A stretch of DNA of 64,000 bases from the sequence record OP292654.1; one strand, given 5' to 3'. Each line of letters opens with the position of its first letter. Position 1 is the first letter of the stretch. Made by a program: the position numbers and the translations under genes. Shown piece by piece: positions 1-9,624 of this stretch. The notes beneath the pieces are model-generated. The model saw nothing but the letters and a program-made list of their open reading frames with translations. It was not told where the DNA came from and made no database searches.

Positions 1-144
1 GCTGCTGAAAAAGAAGTTAATAAACGTCTAAAGCAAATGAACGCTACTCAAGGTACTGGTAAAGAATGGTATAAAATGCCTAAGAAGCTTGCTGCTAATA
101 TGATAGATTCTGTACGTGATGATCTTGATGAAGCTCAAGAATAA
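1..144 (+). CDS. 3' end of a gene entering the window (AAEKEVNKRLKQMNATQGTGKEWYKMPKK...DEAQE*)
   Basis: Open frame from base 1 to TAA at 142-144. GKEWY weakly recalls the EWF motif of T5orf172/GIY-YIG-like domains. Confidence 0.55.
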   Translation, partial: AAEKEVNKRLKQMNATQGTGKEWYKMPKKLAANMIDSVRDDLDEAQE

Positions 145-148
145 TTCA

Positions 149-154
149 TAAATA
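149..154 (+). promoter_or_regulatory. Late-type promoter TAAATA (T4 gp55-like)
   Basis: CATAAATA upstream of the tail fibre gene; the same hexamer precedes most structural-type genes in the window. Confidence 0.55.
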
Positions 155-186
155 TCTCTATAATATAAACGCGAGGACTGATTTAT

Positions 187-1803
187 ATGAGTATAAGATT
201 TAATCATGCGGCTGGAACTATTACTAGTACTGATACCGCAACTATAGTCATTGAAGGTGGAACACCAACGGTTCCACGTCCATTAAGACTTAACGCATCA
301 TCTGTTGTATTTCCTAATAAGGTTCTTCCAATTGGTGAAGCTGGTGCTGTCGTATTCGATACTACCTCAAAAACATTAAAATATCACAATGGAATTTCAT
401 GGGTTGAGCTATTATCACAAGATGATATTTTAGCTCCTGTTAATGTCTCATTGACTAACATTTATAACCAACTTGCTAATCGTGTTAGTACTGTAACATA
501 TAGTTCAAGTTCAGTAGCTTCCGCTTCTGTTAGTGGAACTAACTTGAATATCGTATTTCCTACTAGTACTAGTGGTGGTGGGTCTGCTGTTCCTGGATTG
601 TTTACATCTTCACCTCCTGGTAGTATAATGCAATACGCATTAACCTCTGGTCAATCTGTTGCTAGTATTCGTGAGCAGTTGAGTGGTGTGTCTGGTGGAC
701 AATCTGGACGTAATGGTACACAAGCAGCACCATTTGTTACAAAAACTGGTTGGTGTTTTAGTGATGGTCTGTGGTGGACTTGGAATGGTACAACAACAAT
801 AACTAAACAAGTACCTAATCTTAATCAAGAAGCTTATCTAAAGGGTATTACAACCAGTGGTGTAACTAAAACTGATTCAGTGATCGCTGGATCAGGGTCT
901 ATTAGTTCTGCTACCATAACAATGCCTGAGCACTATCACGGTGTTGGTTCCATGAATGCAATTAGTGGTTCAGGGGCTGATGATGGAACATTTATTATTG
1001 GTAGAGCCTGGAATGATGGTAATTCATATACTGGTTTGACGATAACTGGTGATAACCAATTTAGAATGCAACGTACTATCAATAGCTCAGACAGTCGTTT
1101 AGCTTTTACCACATCATCGCCAATTTATCCTAATGGTAATACCTCAACTCACAATCATAGCCTAACTGGAATTGATGTGGCACACTTTAATGTTGCCATG
1201 CTTTATAATATCGCAGAACCAAGTCTTGCGTTGAACCAAGATGCGGGTGATGCTCGATATGTTCTAAAATCTGGTGATGTAATGACTGGTTCATTAACTA
1301 TTGCTAACAGTGCTGCTATTCGTGCTAACGATACTAACCTAGTATTCTGGTTCCAGAATAGTTCTGGTGGTGAACGTGCTGCTATCTACCATAGCTCTAG
1401 TACTAACACATTGCGTTTACGTAGTGCTGGTGGTTCAGAAGTTTCAATATCTAATACTGGTGTTTTAACAGCATCAGGTTTAGTTATTAGTAGCCAAACT
1501 GGTACTGTTGGTGGTAGAAATATCGTTAGAGCAATTAATGGAACAACCGCTGATGCTAATGGTAACGTTACACTAAGCATTACTGGTGGAGTTGTAACCA
1601 ATGAACGTCGCGGTGCTGAAATAGCAACTGAACGGGAACCTTTAGGTCATGAATCTTTTGTATATCGTGCTTCTGAAGGATGTTTTGTAACTGGTTTCTC
1701 CATTCATTCAAGTGGTGGTTCACAAGATGAATTTGTATGGATATATTCAAGACCAGTACAAATATTAATTGATGGAACATGGAGAACAATTTCAGATGTT
1801 TAA
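187..1803 (+). CDS. Tail fibre protein
   Basis: Gly/Ser/Thr-rich beta-type sequence, collar-like segment (WCFSDG...VPNL), and a C-terminal RPVQILIDGTWRTI motif typical of fibre tips; followed by an assembly chaperone. Confidence 0.8.
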   Translation: MSIRFNHAAGTITSTDTATIVIEGGTPTVPRPLRLNASSVVFPNKVLPIGEAGAVVFDTTSKTLKYHNGISWVELLSQDDILAPVNVSLTNIYNQLANRVSTVTYSSSSVASASVSGTNLNIVFPTSTSGGGSAVPGLFTSSPPGSIMQYALTSGQSVASIREQLSGVSGGQSGRNGTQAAPFVTKTGWCFSDGLWWTWNGTTTITKQVPNLNQEAYLKGITTSGVTKTDSVIAGSGSISSATITMPEHYHGVGSMNAISGSGADDGTFIIGRAWNDGNSYTGLTITGDNQFRMQRTINSSDSRLAFTTSSPIYPNGNTSTHNHSLTGIDVAHFNVAMLYNIAEPSLALNQDAGDARYVLKSGDVMTGSLTIANSAAIRANDTNLVFWFQNSSGGERAAIYHSSSTNTLRLRSAGGSEVSISNTGVLTASGLVISSQTGTVGGRNIVRAINGTTADANGNVTLSITGGVVTNERRGAEIATEREPLGHESFVYRASEGCFVTGFSIHSSGGSQDEFVWIYSRPVQILIDGTWRTISDV

Positions 1804-2209
1804 GAAATATAATAAAGAAGGTGGATACGGATACATTCAGTACTGGATGGATGAAAACGGTCAAGATTGGTATGATTATGCTGATAATGCTGAAACTCAC
1901 ACACTAAAAGTACTAACGAATGAAAGAAATATTGTTGTTGGATTTGATTATGATGCTACAACATTAAGTCCTAATGAATGTAATCTTCACATTATCCAAC
2001 CTGAAGATGTACCTGAAGATTTAGAATCTATCAAGTATTCTTATGATGGTGAAAAATTTTATCTAACAGAAGTTATTAAGCGGGAAACTGCGGAAGATAT
2101 TAAGAATAAACTATTTCTGTTAATGTTAAAGTCAAAACTAAGTGCTGCTGAGAAAGTTGAGTTCGAAGAACTCAAAACTCGCTTAGAAGAAAAGCTCAAA
2201 AATAACTGA
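1796..2209 (+). CDS. Tail fibre assembly chaperone
   Basis: GQDWYD...IVVGFDYDATTLSP...YSYDGEKF pattern of Tfa-like chaperones. The ATG at 1796 overlaps the fibre 3' end and is preferred over the ORF-track start at 1769. Confidence 0.7.
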   Translation: MFKKYNKEGGYGYIQYWMDENGQDWYDYADNAETHTLKVLTNERNIVVGFDYDATTLSPNECNLHIIQPEDVPEDLESIKYSYDGEKFYLTEVIKRETAEDIKNKLFLLMLKSKLSAAEKVEFEELKTRLEEKLKNN

Positions 2210-2235
2210 AACGGGTAAAAATCCTGTGCTATAAT
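2207..2235 (+). promoter_or_regulatory. Phage promoter TGAAAC-N17-TATAAT (extended -10)
   Basis: One of 12 copies with identical 17-nt spacing; upstream of the DsbA-like and polymerase genes. Confidence 0.75.
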
Positions 2236-2291
2236 GTAGGCATCCTAGCGGAGAGTTAGGATGCTTTTTTTATACATGGAGAAATACACAA

Positions 2292-2597
2292 ATGGCTAAG
2301 AAGACAGAATCTAAAATTGAAGCACATGAGTTGAATGACGCACAACGTAAAAAACTCAAAGATGGCTTAAATTCTGCGGTAGTACAGTTGACCCACCTTG
2401 ATACTCTTAAAGAATCATATGGCGACTTCATGGATACTCTAGCAGATGAACTAGGTTTAGACAAATCTAAACTTAAATCTGCTGCGATGCGTATCTACAA
2501 GCAAGACTTCTTCGATAAAGTTCGCGATCAGGACGAAGTTGAAACCATCCTTACCGTTTCTGGTAACTTGGCTTCGATGGAAGACGAAGACGAGTAA
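2292..2597 (+). CDS. dsDNA-binding protein, T4 DsbA/GapR-like
   Basis: ELGLDKSKLKSAAMRIYKQD resembles T4 DsbA ELGVDGKMFNRLLALYHKD; similar size. Confidence 0.6.
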   Translation: MAKKTESKIEAHELNDAQRKKLKDGLNSAVVQLTHLDTLKESYGDFMDTLADELGLDKSKLKSAAMRIYKQDFFDKVRDQDEVETILTVSGNLASMEDEDE

Positions 2598-2602
2598 TAA
2601 AT

Positions 2603-2630
2603 AAAGCCCCAATGGATGGGGCTTTAGTTT
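2603..2630 (+). terminator. Intrinsic terminator
   Basis: AAAGCCCC-AATGGAT-GGGGCTTT followed by a T-rich tail. Confidence 0.65.
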
Positions 2631-2656
2631 TAAGTACGTAATTATAAGGAGATAAG

Positions 2657-5600
2657 ATGTATATAGATGGATATATGGATAGAAAACGTACTGGAGAAGT
2701 ACTACATGTTGCTGAACGTATCAATGGTCGTCGTGTTCTACGCGAAATTGAACCAGTATACGAGTACTATGTAGAATCTCCACGTGGTGAACATAAAACT
2801 ATCAACGGTACTTTTGCCGAGAAGTTTGAGTTCTCCCGCTATTCAGATATGAAAAAACAAATGGAATCATTACCAGCATCTGCTAAGATTTATGAAGCAG
2901 ATTGTAATGTGACATTTAAAACCCTTGCGAAACACTACATGGGTAAGTCGTCTCCTGAACTTAATATCGCATTCTTCGATATTGAAACAGACTTTCACCC
3001 TAAATTCGGATATGCTCAGCCGAGTGATCCATTTAACCGAGTTACGGCAATTTCTTTATATCAAAGCTGGACAGGTAAGGACTACGTTCTTACAATGGCT
3101 CCTTCTGATATGGAAATTCACGAAGCTCAGGACATTATTAACCGTCTAAATGCGGAAACCAACGACCCTAATAGCGTCGTAATCCTCTATACCGAAGAAA
3201 CTGAAATGTTTGAAATGTTCTTTGAGTTAATCGAAGACAGTGACATTTTATCAGGCTGGAACAGCGAATTCTTTGATATTCCATACATGGTAAACCGTAC
3301 AAGAAAGCTCTTTAATGAAGCTACTCTTGCTAGGTGGTGCTTATGGAACAAGAAACCTAATGCTCGTGAAGCTGATATGTTCGGTAAAACCATTGTTACC
3401 TATGATTTAGTTGGACGTGTTCATTTAGACTATCTAGCTCTTTATAAGAAACATGCTGGACAAGTAGAACAGTCGTATAAACTAGATTATATTGCTGAGA
3501 AAGTAACTGGTGAAAACAAAGTATCATATGAAGGTTCTTTGGATAAGTTATATCGTGAAGATTACATGACATTTTTACGTTATTCTAAGCAAGATAGTAT
3601 CTTGTTGAAGAAAATCGACGAGAAAATGGACTTCATTAACCTACACAACCGACTAGCACATAAAGAATGTGTTCTAATCAGTACTACAATGGGTTCAGTA
3701 GCACTAATCGACACTGCTATTATCAACTTGGCACACCAACGCGGTGAAGTGGTCTTCAATAAACGTAAGCTTGATGATGATGAACCAGATTTTGAATATC
3801 AAGATTATGAAATTGATTTCGATGATGATGAAGATGATGAAGATGAACCACCTAAAGGTTCTAAAGCTGCTGGTGCTTGGGTACAAGATCCAGTACTAGG
3901 ATTGATCGATTGGCTAGGATGTACTGACTTTAACTCTCTATATCCAACAGTTCTACGAGCATTAGGTATGAGTACTGAATGTATCCTTGGTCAATTACGC
4001 CAAACTTACACAGAAGCATATCTCGAAGCACGTATTGAAGAACAACGTCAGCGTTATCGTGGAAAAGGTCGGTTTGAACCGAAATATACTGAAGCATGGC
4101 ATGGATTATTCGCTAGTATTGAATTTACAATGGTTCGTGAGAAATCTGACCAAATAATTACTGTAGATTTGGAAGATGGTACTAGTTTTGAAGCCACTGG
4201 TGCTGAATTGTATGATATTATCTTTGGCGAAGATAGTACAATAGTACTAAGTGCTAATGGTACATTATTTGATAAGACCAAGTATGGTGTAATTCCAGAA
4301 ATTCTTACAGTATGGTACTCAGAACGTAAAGCACAACAGAAAATGGTTATTGACTATAAACATTTGGCGACAGATGGATGGGAAATGCCAGAAGAAGCTT
4401 TACAGGAACTAGAAGAACTACTAAAATCTCTACAATTAGGTACTGGAATTCATAAAACCAACTTACACGAAGGTGATCCAATTTATTTGATGCGTTTAGC
4501 TCTTGCTGACAAGAATTATGCTGAACTTGCTAAAATTATTGCGGATAATGGTATGCGTCTTGAAAATGGTCGTGTATTTGTATCAGATTCCGATAAGAAG
4601 TACTGTAAAACTCAGTCTGCGTTCTGGAAACAGAACCAACAGATACGTAAAATTCTTCTAAACTCACTATATGGTGCTTTGTTGAACAAAGGTTCTCGTT
4701 TCTTTGACAAACGTCTAGGTCAATCAGTGACATTAACTGGTCGTAGCATGACTAAGCATATGGCGAGTAAGATTAATGAAGTATGTACTGAAACATACGA
4801 TCATAGTGGTGGTGTAGTTGTATATGGTGATACCGATTCAGTGTATTTCAGCGTAGCACATTACTATAAAGAGAACGACATTCCATTTGAAATGTCTAAA
4901 GATGAAGTTGTAGAACTTTATCAAATGATTGGTGACACTGTAGGTGCGTCATTCCCACAATTTATGGACGAAACATTTAATACTGGTATTGAAAAAGGTA
5001 AAATCGTTGGTGCTGACTTAGAAATGGTTGGTTCTCGTGGTTTATTCCTGAAGAAAAAGCGTTATGCTATTCTAAAATATTGGGAAGATGGTTTCCGTTT
5101 AGATGTGGATGGTAAACCTGGTAAAATCAAAGCTATGGGTCTTGAAATTAAACGTTCAGACACCCCAAAATACATCCAGAACTTCCTAGAAGAGACATTA
5201 GTCGCATTGCTGGTGGGTGAATCTGAAGAAGAACTACGTACTCGTGTACGTGCGTTCAAGAAAGAGTTTAAAAATAAGCCAAGTATTGAGAAAGGTTCAC
5301 CAAAAACAGTAAAAAACTATACCAATAAAGAGAAAGAATACCAAGATACCGGTAAATGTAAGGTAGGACACGTATTAGCCGCTATTCAATGGAATAAACT
5401 TCGTGATTTAAACGACGATAAATCAGTTCCAGAAGCAACAGACGGTACAAAAGTAATTGTTTGTGACCTAAAACCGAATCCATTAGGTATTAAAAAGATT
5501 GGTTATCCAATTGACTGTGTAGATTACTTGCCAGAGTGGTATCTAGAGCTTCCGTTCGATGATGATGCTATGGAATTGGCAGTACTGACCAAGAAATTAG

Positions 5601-5686
5601 GTAATATTTTTGGTATTCTTGATATGGATATTGCTATAGACGAAAAGAGTTCAATCGAATTAAGCACTGGCTTCTTCGATTGGTAA
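2657..5686 (+). CDS. 43: DNA polymerase, family B (gp43-like)
   Basis: Exo motifs FDIET, GWNSEFFDIPY and YSKQD; polymerase motifs DFNSLYP, KILLNSLYG, YGDTDS and KKRYA. Confidence 0.97.
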   Translation: MYIDGYMDRKRTGEVLHVAERINGRRVLREIEPVYEYYVESPRGEHKTINGTFAEKFEFSRYSDMKKQMESLPASAKIYEADCNVTFKTLAKHYMGKSSPELNIAFFDIETDFHPKFGYAQPSDPFNRVTAISLYQSWTGKDYVLTMAPSDMEIHEAQDIINRLNAETNDPNSVVILYTEETEMFEMFFELIEDSDILSGWNSEFFDIPYMVNRTRKLFNEATLARWCLWNKKPNAREADMFGKTIVTYDLVGRVHLDYLALYKKHAGQVEQSYKLDYIAEKVTGENKVSYEGSLDKLYREDYMTFLRYSKQDSILLKKIDEKMDFINLHNRLAHKECVLISTTMGSVALIDTAIINLAHQRGEVVFNKRKLDDDEPDFEYQDYEIDFDDDEDDEDEPPKGSKAAGAWVQDPVLGLIDWLGCTDFNSLYPTVLRALGMSTECILGQLRQTYTEAYLEARIEEQRQRYRGKGRFEPKYTEAWHGLFASIEFTMVREKSDQIITVDLEDGTSFEATGAELYDIIFGEDSTIVLSANGTLFDKTKYGVIPEILTVWYSERKAQQKMVIDYKHLATDGWEMPEEALQELEELLKSLQLGTGIHKTNLHEGDPIYLMRLALADKNYAELAKIIADNGMRLENGRVFVSDSDKKYCKTQSAFWKQNQQIRKILLNSLYGALLNKGSRFFDKRLGQSVTLTGRSMTKHMASKINEVCTETYDHSGGVVVYGDTDSVYFSVAHYYKENDIPFEMSKDEVVELYQMIGDTVGASFPQFMDETFNTGIEKGKIVGADLEMVGSRGLFLKKKRYAILKYWEDGFRLDVDGKPGKIKAMGLEIKRSDTPKYIQNFLEETLVALLVGESEEELRTRVRAFKKEFKNKPSIEKGSPKTVKNYTNKEKEYQDTGKCKVGHVLAAIQWNKLRDLNDDKSVPEATDGTKVIVCDLKPNPLGIKKIGYPIDCVDYLPEWYLELPFDDDAMELAVLTKKLGNIFGILDMDIAIDEKSSIELSTGFFDW

Positions 5687-5700
5687 TAAAGGATAAAAAT

Positions 5701-6198
5701 ATGTCTAACATTTATGAACGCATTGGTGAAGCACTTCTTTCTAATGGTAAGCACGATATTATTCGTGCTGAAAATAAACACGAAGAAGATGTACTAACTA
5801 CTGCTGGCTTTACAAAGGTTGGATCTATTAAAGAGGGCGATAAGATCGTCGCCCTGTTTAAGATCGAACACAAAACCAAAGAAGTAGTAAAAATTGTTGA
5901 AGTTCCAAAGAAAGAAAATTCTTGGCCTTACAATAACGAAAAATCATATCCATTTGGTCGTCCAGATCCTGGTATTTGGTATTATAATGAAAAGAATCCA
6001 ATGTATACTTACGGTACAGGTACTGGTGATGCTAATTGGATGCAGTATAAAGGAAAAACAACTTCATTAATGGATGCTGCTTATAATCCTTTGAGTGTTT
6101 TAGAAGATTATACTTTCCCTGAAACCAATAATGCTGAAGTTATGACCAATCTTTTGAATGAGATTGCTCAAAACACTAAGCCAGTAAGAAACGTTTAA
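5701..6198 (+). CDS. Hypothetical protein
   Basis: ORF; ATG at 5701 preceded by AAGGA; no recognised motif. Confidence 0.7.
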   Translation: MSNIYERIGEALLSNGKHDIIRAENKHEEDVLTTAGFTKVGSIKEGDKIVALFKIEHKTKEVVKIVEVPKKENSWPYNNEKSYPFGRPDPGIWYYNEKNPMYTYGTGTGDANWMQYKGKTTSLMDAAYNPLSVLEDYTFPETNNAEVMTNLLNEIAQNTKPVRNV

Positions 6199-6207
6199 AA
6201 AAAAAGA

Positions 6208-6236
6208 TGAAACGGGTAGAATTTATCTGGTATAAT
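6208..6236 (+). promoter_or_regulatory. Phage promoter TGAAAC-N17-TATAAT
   Basis: Matches the repeated consensus; upstream of the clamp gene. Confidence 0.75.
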
Positions 6237-6266
6237 GTACCCGTTAACAACATGGAGATTTAACAA

Positions 6267-6998
6267 ATGGAATTACGTGACGTACTACGCGACCTGGTAA
6301 ACACCACCGCTGGAATTGACTTTGATTGTATCGCTATTTCAAGCGAAGATCGTGGAGAAGGCCAACGTGTTTATATGGAAGCTTATACTTCTGACAAAAA
6401 TTTAGTTATGCGAGCATATACTAAAGAAGACGTACCTGAAGTTGTAGGTCGTTTCGGTATCGGTAATCTTGGAATGCTTCAAGGTCTATTGAACCTAAAT
6501 GTCTATAAGACTGAAAGTACTAAAATCGGCGTGAATGCGAAAGATGGTGTTGTAAAAAGCCTAACTTTCAATTCCGACGAAGCAAATACCAACTATCTAG
6601 TAGTTGCGGAAAAATATATTCCGAACCAACCTCGATTCACTGACCAACCATATGATGTACAGGTTACACCTAGTGCCGCTAAGGTCAATGAACTAAAGTC
6701 TTTCTCAGGCGTGTTTAAATCTTTCTCTGCTTTAGTCACTCCCTACACTGAAGATGACAGCTTATATTTCTACGTTGGTGAAAAGAATAAAAACAACCAT
6801 ACAGGAACACTACAGTTCTCAAAAACTGAAGGTGAACTAACAAAAGGTTATGGTTATCCAATTGACCGTGTATTCCAAGCACTAAACCGCGTATCTAGTG
6901 CTGAATCTAAGACAATGGGATTCACCAAAACTGGTATGATGAACGTAACTGTTGATACTGGTATCGCTGTTTATAGCATCTACGTAAGTGGTTGCTAA
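6267..6998 (+). CDS. Sliding clamp (gp45-like), probable
   Basis: 243 aa with alternating alpha/beta two-domain pattern and size of gp45/PCNA clamps; replication context; clamp loader is present. Confidence 0.6.
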   Translation: MELRDVLRDLVNTTAGIDFDCIAISSEDRGEGQRVYMEAYTSDKNLVMRAYTKEDVPEVVGRFGIGNLGMLQGLLNLNVYKTESTKIGVNAKDGVVKSLTFNSDEANTNYLVVAEKYIPNQPRFTDQPYDVQVTPSAAKVNELKSFSGVFKSFSALVTPYTEDDSLYFYVGEKNKNNHTGTLQFSKTEGELTKGYGYPIDRVFQALNRVSSAESKTMGFTKTGMMNVTVDTGIAVYSIYVSGC

Positions 6999-7005
6999 TT
7001 TATCT

Positions 7006-7030
7006 AAGGGAACTTCGGTTCCCTTTTCTT
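7006..7030 (+). terminator. Intrinsic terminator with UUCG loop
   Basis: AAGGGAAC-TTCG-GTTCCCTTTT. Confidence 0.85.
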
Positions 7031-7046
7031 ATTTGGAAAAGTTATT

Positions 7047-7661
7047 ATGAGTACCCCTCGTTTTATCGCTGATACCCATATGGGTCACAAAAATATCTGG
7101 AAATACCGTCCAGTCTTTGAAAGTACTTTACATAATGACTTGTACTTTCAGTATATCCTTTCTGAAACCTGTACTAAGCGTGATACAATGTTTATCTTGG
7201 GTGATGCTGTCTTTGATGAAAAGTATCTACCTTTCTTTAAAGAGCTTCCTGGTACTAAAATCCTCATTTTAGGTAATCATTGTACAGAATATATCAGTAC
7301 TTCTAAATTATGTGACACATTTGATGAAGTTCACGCACTTATGAAGTATAAAGAATTCTGGTTATCACACGCACCAATTCACCCTGAAGAACTTCGTGGT
7401 AAAAAGAATATCCACGGTCACGTTCACACTGAATCTGTAAGTGGTCTAGAATACATGAACGTATCCGTTGACAGTTCTTTCATGAACTTCTTCCCTCGCA
7501 CACTTCATGAAGTACGACAAGGTTTTGAGACAGTAAATAGTACACAACAAATCTTCGCTGGTGTTCCTAATGAGGAAGCACTGAGTGTTATTGAATCTAA
7601 TCCGATTGCGAAAGCTGCGTATTACAAAGCACTGGAAGAATCACGAAAAATTACTGTTTAA
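7047..7661 (+). CDS. Calcineurin-like metallophosphoesterase
   Basis: Motifs DTHMGH, LGD, GNH, HAP and HGHVH. Confidence 0.9.
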   Translation: MSTPRFIADTHMGHKNIWKYRPVFESTLHNDLYFQYILSETCTKRDTMFILGDAVFDEKYLPFFKELPGTKILILGNHCTEYISTSKLCDTFDEVHALMKYKEFWLSHAPIHPEELRGKKNIHGHVHTESVSGLEYMNVSVDSSFMNFFPRTLHEVRQGFETVNSTQQIFAGVPNEEALSVIESNPIAKAAYYKALEESRKITV

Positions 7662-7673
7662 AAGGATATAAAC

Positions 7674-7883
7674 ATGCCACTATATACATACCGTTGCGAA
7701 AAAGAAGACTGTAAACATAGCATTGATAAGATTGTCAAGTACGATGAACGTGAAAAGATGATTTATGATTGTGAGCAGTGCGGTACGGAACAGTGCATGA
7801 AATTAGAACTGTTTACCCCTGGCGATAAAGGTACTACCTTTAGATACAAGGGTAACTGGTTCAACACCACTGGACGATACTAA
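7674..7883 (+). CDS. FmdB-family zinc-ribbon protein
   Basis: MPLYTYRC...C and CEQC zinc knuckles. Confidence 0.8.
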   Translation: MPLYTYRCEKEDCKHSIDKIVKYDEREKMIYDCEQCGTEQCMKLELFTPGDKGTTFRYKGNWFNTTGRY

Positions 7884-7901
7884 ATTTGAATGGAGTCAAA
7901 T

Positions 7902-8189
7902 ATGAGTTTACAAGCAATTAATGATTATGTTATTGTTGAACTAATCGACAATACAACAAAAAGCTCAGGTGGATTAATCCTGACTAAAGTTGAACCACCA
8001 TGTACTGGTACTATTGTATCAGTTGGCCCAGGGCGTGTACTAAATGATGGTTCACGTGAAGAACATAACCTAGTTCAAGGGGATGTGATCGTTTTTGGTA
8101 AATCTTCACTAAATATGCCACTAGAAGAAGATAACAAAAATTATTATGTTATGAAAATTGGTGATATATTTGGGAAGAAAAATGGCTAA
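7902..8189 (+). CDS. groES: Co-chaperonin GroES (Cpn10)
   Basis: LQAINDYVIVE, SSGGLIL mobile loop, GTIVSVGPGR, GDVIVF. Confidence 0.9.
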   Translation: MSLQAINDYVIVELIDNTTKSSGGLILTKVEPPCTGTIVSVGPGRVLNDGSREEHNLVQGDVIVFGKSSLNMPLEEDNKNYYVMKIGDIFGKKNG

Positions 8190-8907
8190 AAGAATTATAC
8201 CATTCTGGATGTACCCTTCACATTGGGGTCTAAAAGGTCAAGCTAAAGAGCTTGCATTAATTGATTTTCACTATGACGGCTTAGAAGCTGACTTGAAACG
8301 TGCTGATATTATCTATCTCACACTTCATGACCGCGATGTAGCCAAAAATGAAATTCGATACAATCATGGAGAATTCACTGAATATGAATTTGAAGTGAAC
8401 AAAGTAGATTTGGAATTCAAACACGCAGTGATTGGAAAAGACACTGTAGTACTGAAAAAGTTGGATTTAGATCTTAAGTTTCATAAAATTGATGAAAAGG
8501 AATACGATAAACAAATCGTTGAACTAATCAAGGATGAAGATAAGAAATACGTAGCAGCATTGAAGTATGCATTGAAGTACAATGAGATTACTGAGAACGA
8601 GTACGAAAAGGAATTAGCAACATTTAAACGTGAGCCGTGGTTTGCTTTTGATGTTGAGTTCAATGAGGAAAGTAATGAACTTAGTATGATATTCGATTAC
8701 AACGAACATTTCTGGAAAAAGTTACGTGCTGAAGGTCATCCTGGTGTTGACGAACACGAAATCATTGATAACTTTATTAAAGATTGGGGTCGGAAGTTAG
8801 CAACAGAAGATTATAGCGGTGACTATGACACAAAGCTAACAAGCGTAAACGACGAAATGAATCAACAGACTGGTTCTATTGATCCGAATTTCAAAATTTA
8901 TGAATAA
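8182..8907 (+). CDS. Hypothetical protein
   Basis: Long ORF overlapping the groES stop; no recognised motif. Confidence 0.75.
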   Translation: MAKRIIPFWMYPSHWGLKGQAKELALIDFHYDGLEADLKRADIIYLTLHDRDVAKNEIRYNHGEFTEYEFEVNKVDLEFKHAVIGKDTVVLKKLDLDLKFHKIDEKEYDKQIVELIKDEDKKYVAALKYALKYNEITENEYEKELATFKREPWFAFDVEFNEESNELSMIFDYNEHFWKKLRAEGHPGVDEHEIIDNFIKDWGRKLATEDYSGDYDTKLTSVNDEMNQQTGSIDPNFKIYE

Positions 8908-8940
8908 AAAAAAAGGACGCATGAAGCGTCCTTTTTTCGT
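8908..8940. terminator. Bidirectional terminator between convergent genes
   Basis: A-run, GGACGC-ATGAA-GCGTCC, T-run. Confidence 0.85.
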
Positions 8941-8949
8941 TTGGATTTA

Positions 8950-9606
8950 TTAGATTGACAATGCTGGGATAGCTTTGTAAACTTTAATCGCGAAGTTACC
9001 AGCAGCACCTGCGGTAGCGGAAGAAGCTAGAATAACTTCAGAACCGTTAGCAGCAAGCATTGGTACACCTGTTAGGTCATCAATTAGTAGACGGCCTTCG
9101 TCGATTTGGTTAGCTGGAACACCTTGGAAGGTTACTAGGTCTTTATCAAACACATTCGCACGTTCTACTAGGAAAGTAATAACGTTAGCAGATGATACTG
9201 AAGCAGCACCAGTAACACCAGCAGGGGCATTACGGAAACCAGAAACAGCTACACCTTGAGCAGTCAGAGAAGTACTTAGTACTACAGCACGTTGTTGAAC
9301 AATGTCGATAACACGTTTAACGTTAGTTTGAGCAGCATAAGCAGCGGTATAGTCAGCTTCTAGTGAAACAGCTACGAACTCTGTTCCATCAACACGAACA
9401 ACACCTTTGTCGTTTAGGAATTCTACGATTGCGTCAGCATCTTCAGTGTTTAGGAAACGTTGTAGTTCAGCAAATGATGCGACAGCACCAGTAACCTTAA
9501 CAACTACGTTTGAAGCACCGCCAACAGCGATAGAAACTAGTGCGTTCTTACCATAGAAATAACCTAGTACTCCAGATTCGGAGAAACCATTAATACGTTC
9601 TAACAT
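8950..9606 (-). CDS. Putative virion structural protein (paralog of 9625..10185)
   Basis: Ala/Val-rich with highly biased codons; late-type promoter upstream on the - strand; shares motifs with its neighbour. Confidence 0.6.
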   Translation of the reverse strand: MLERINGFSESGVLGYFYGKNALVSIAVGGASNVVVKVTGAVASFAELQRFLNTEDADAIVEFLNDKGVVRVDGTEFVAVSLEADYTAAYAAQTNVKRVIDIVQQRAVVLSTSLTAQGVAVSGFRNAPAGVTGAASVSSANVITFLVERANVFDKDLVTFQGVPANQIDEGRLLIDDLTGVPMLAANGSEVILASSATAGAAGNFAIKVYKAIPALSI

Positions 9607-9624
9607 ATTTTATTCTCCTTGAAA

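Noticed and set aside
187-1803. Diversity-generating retroelement or invertible fibre cassette
   Set aside because: No reverse transcriptase, template repeat, recombinase or inverted crossover sites in the window.
2657-5686. Intein or intron in the DNA polymerase, nrdA/B or terminase
   Set aside because: ORFs are continuous and near expected size; the inserts lack splice-junction residues and LAGLIDADG/HNH motifs.
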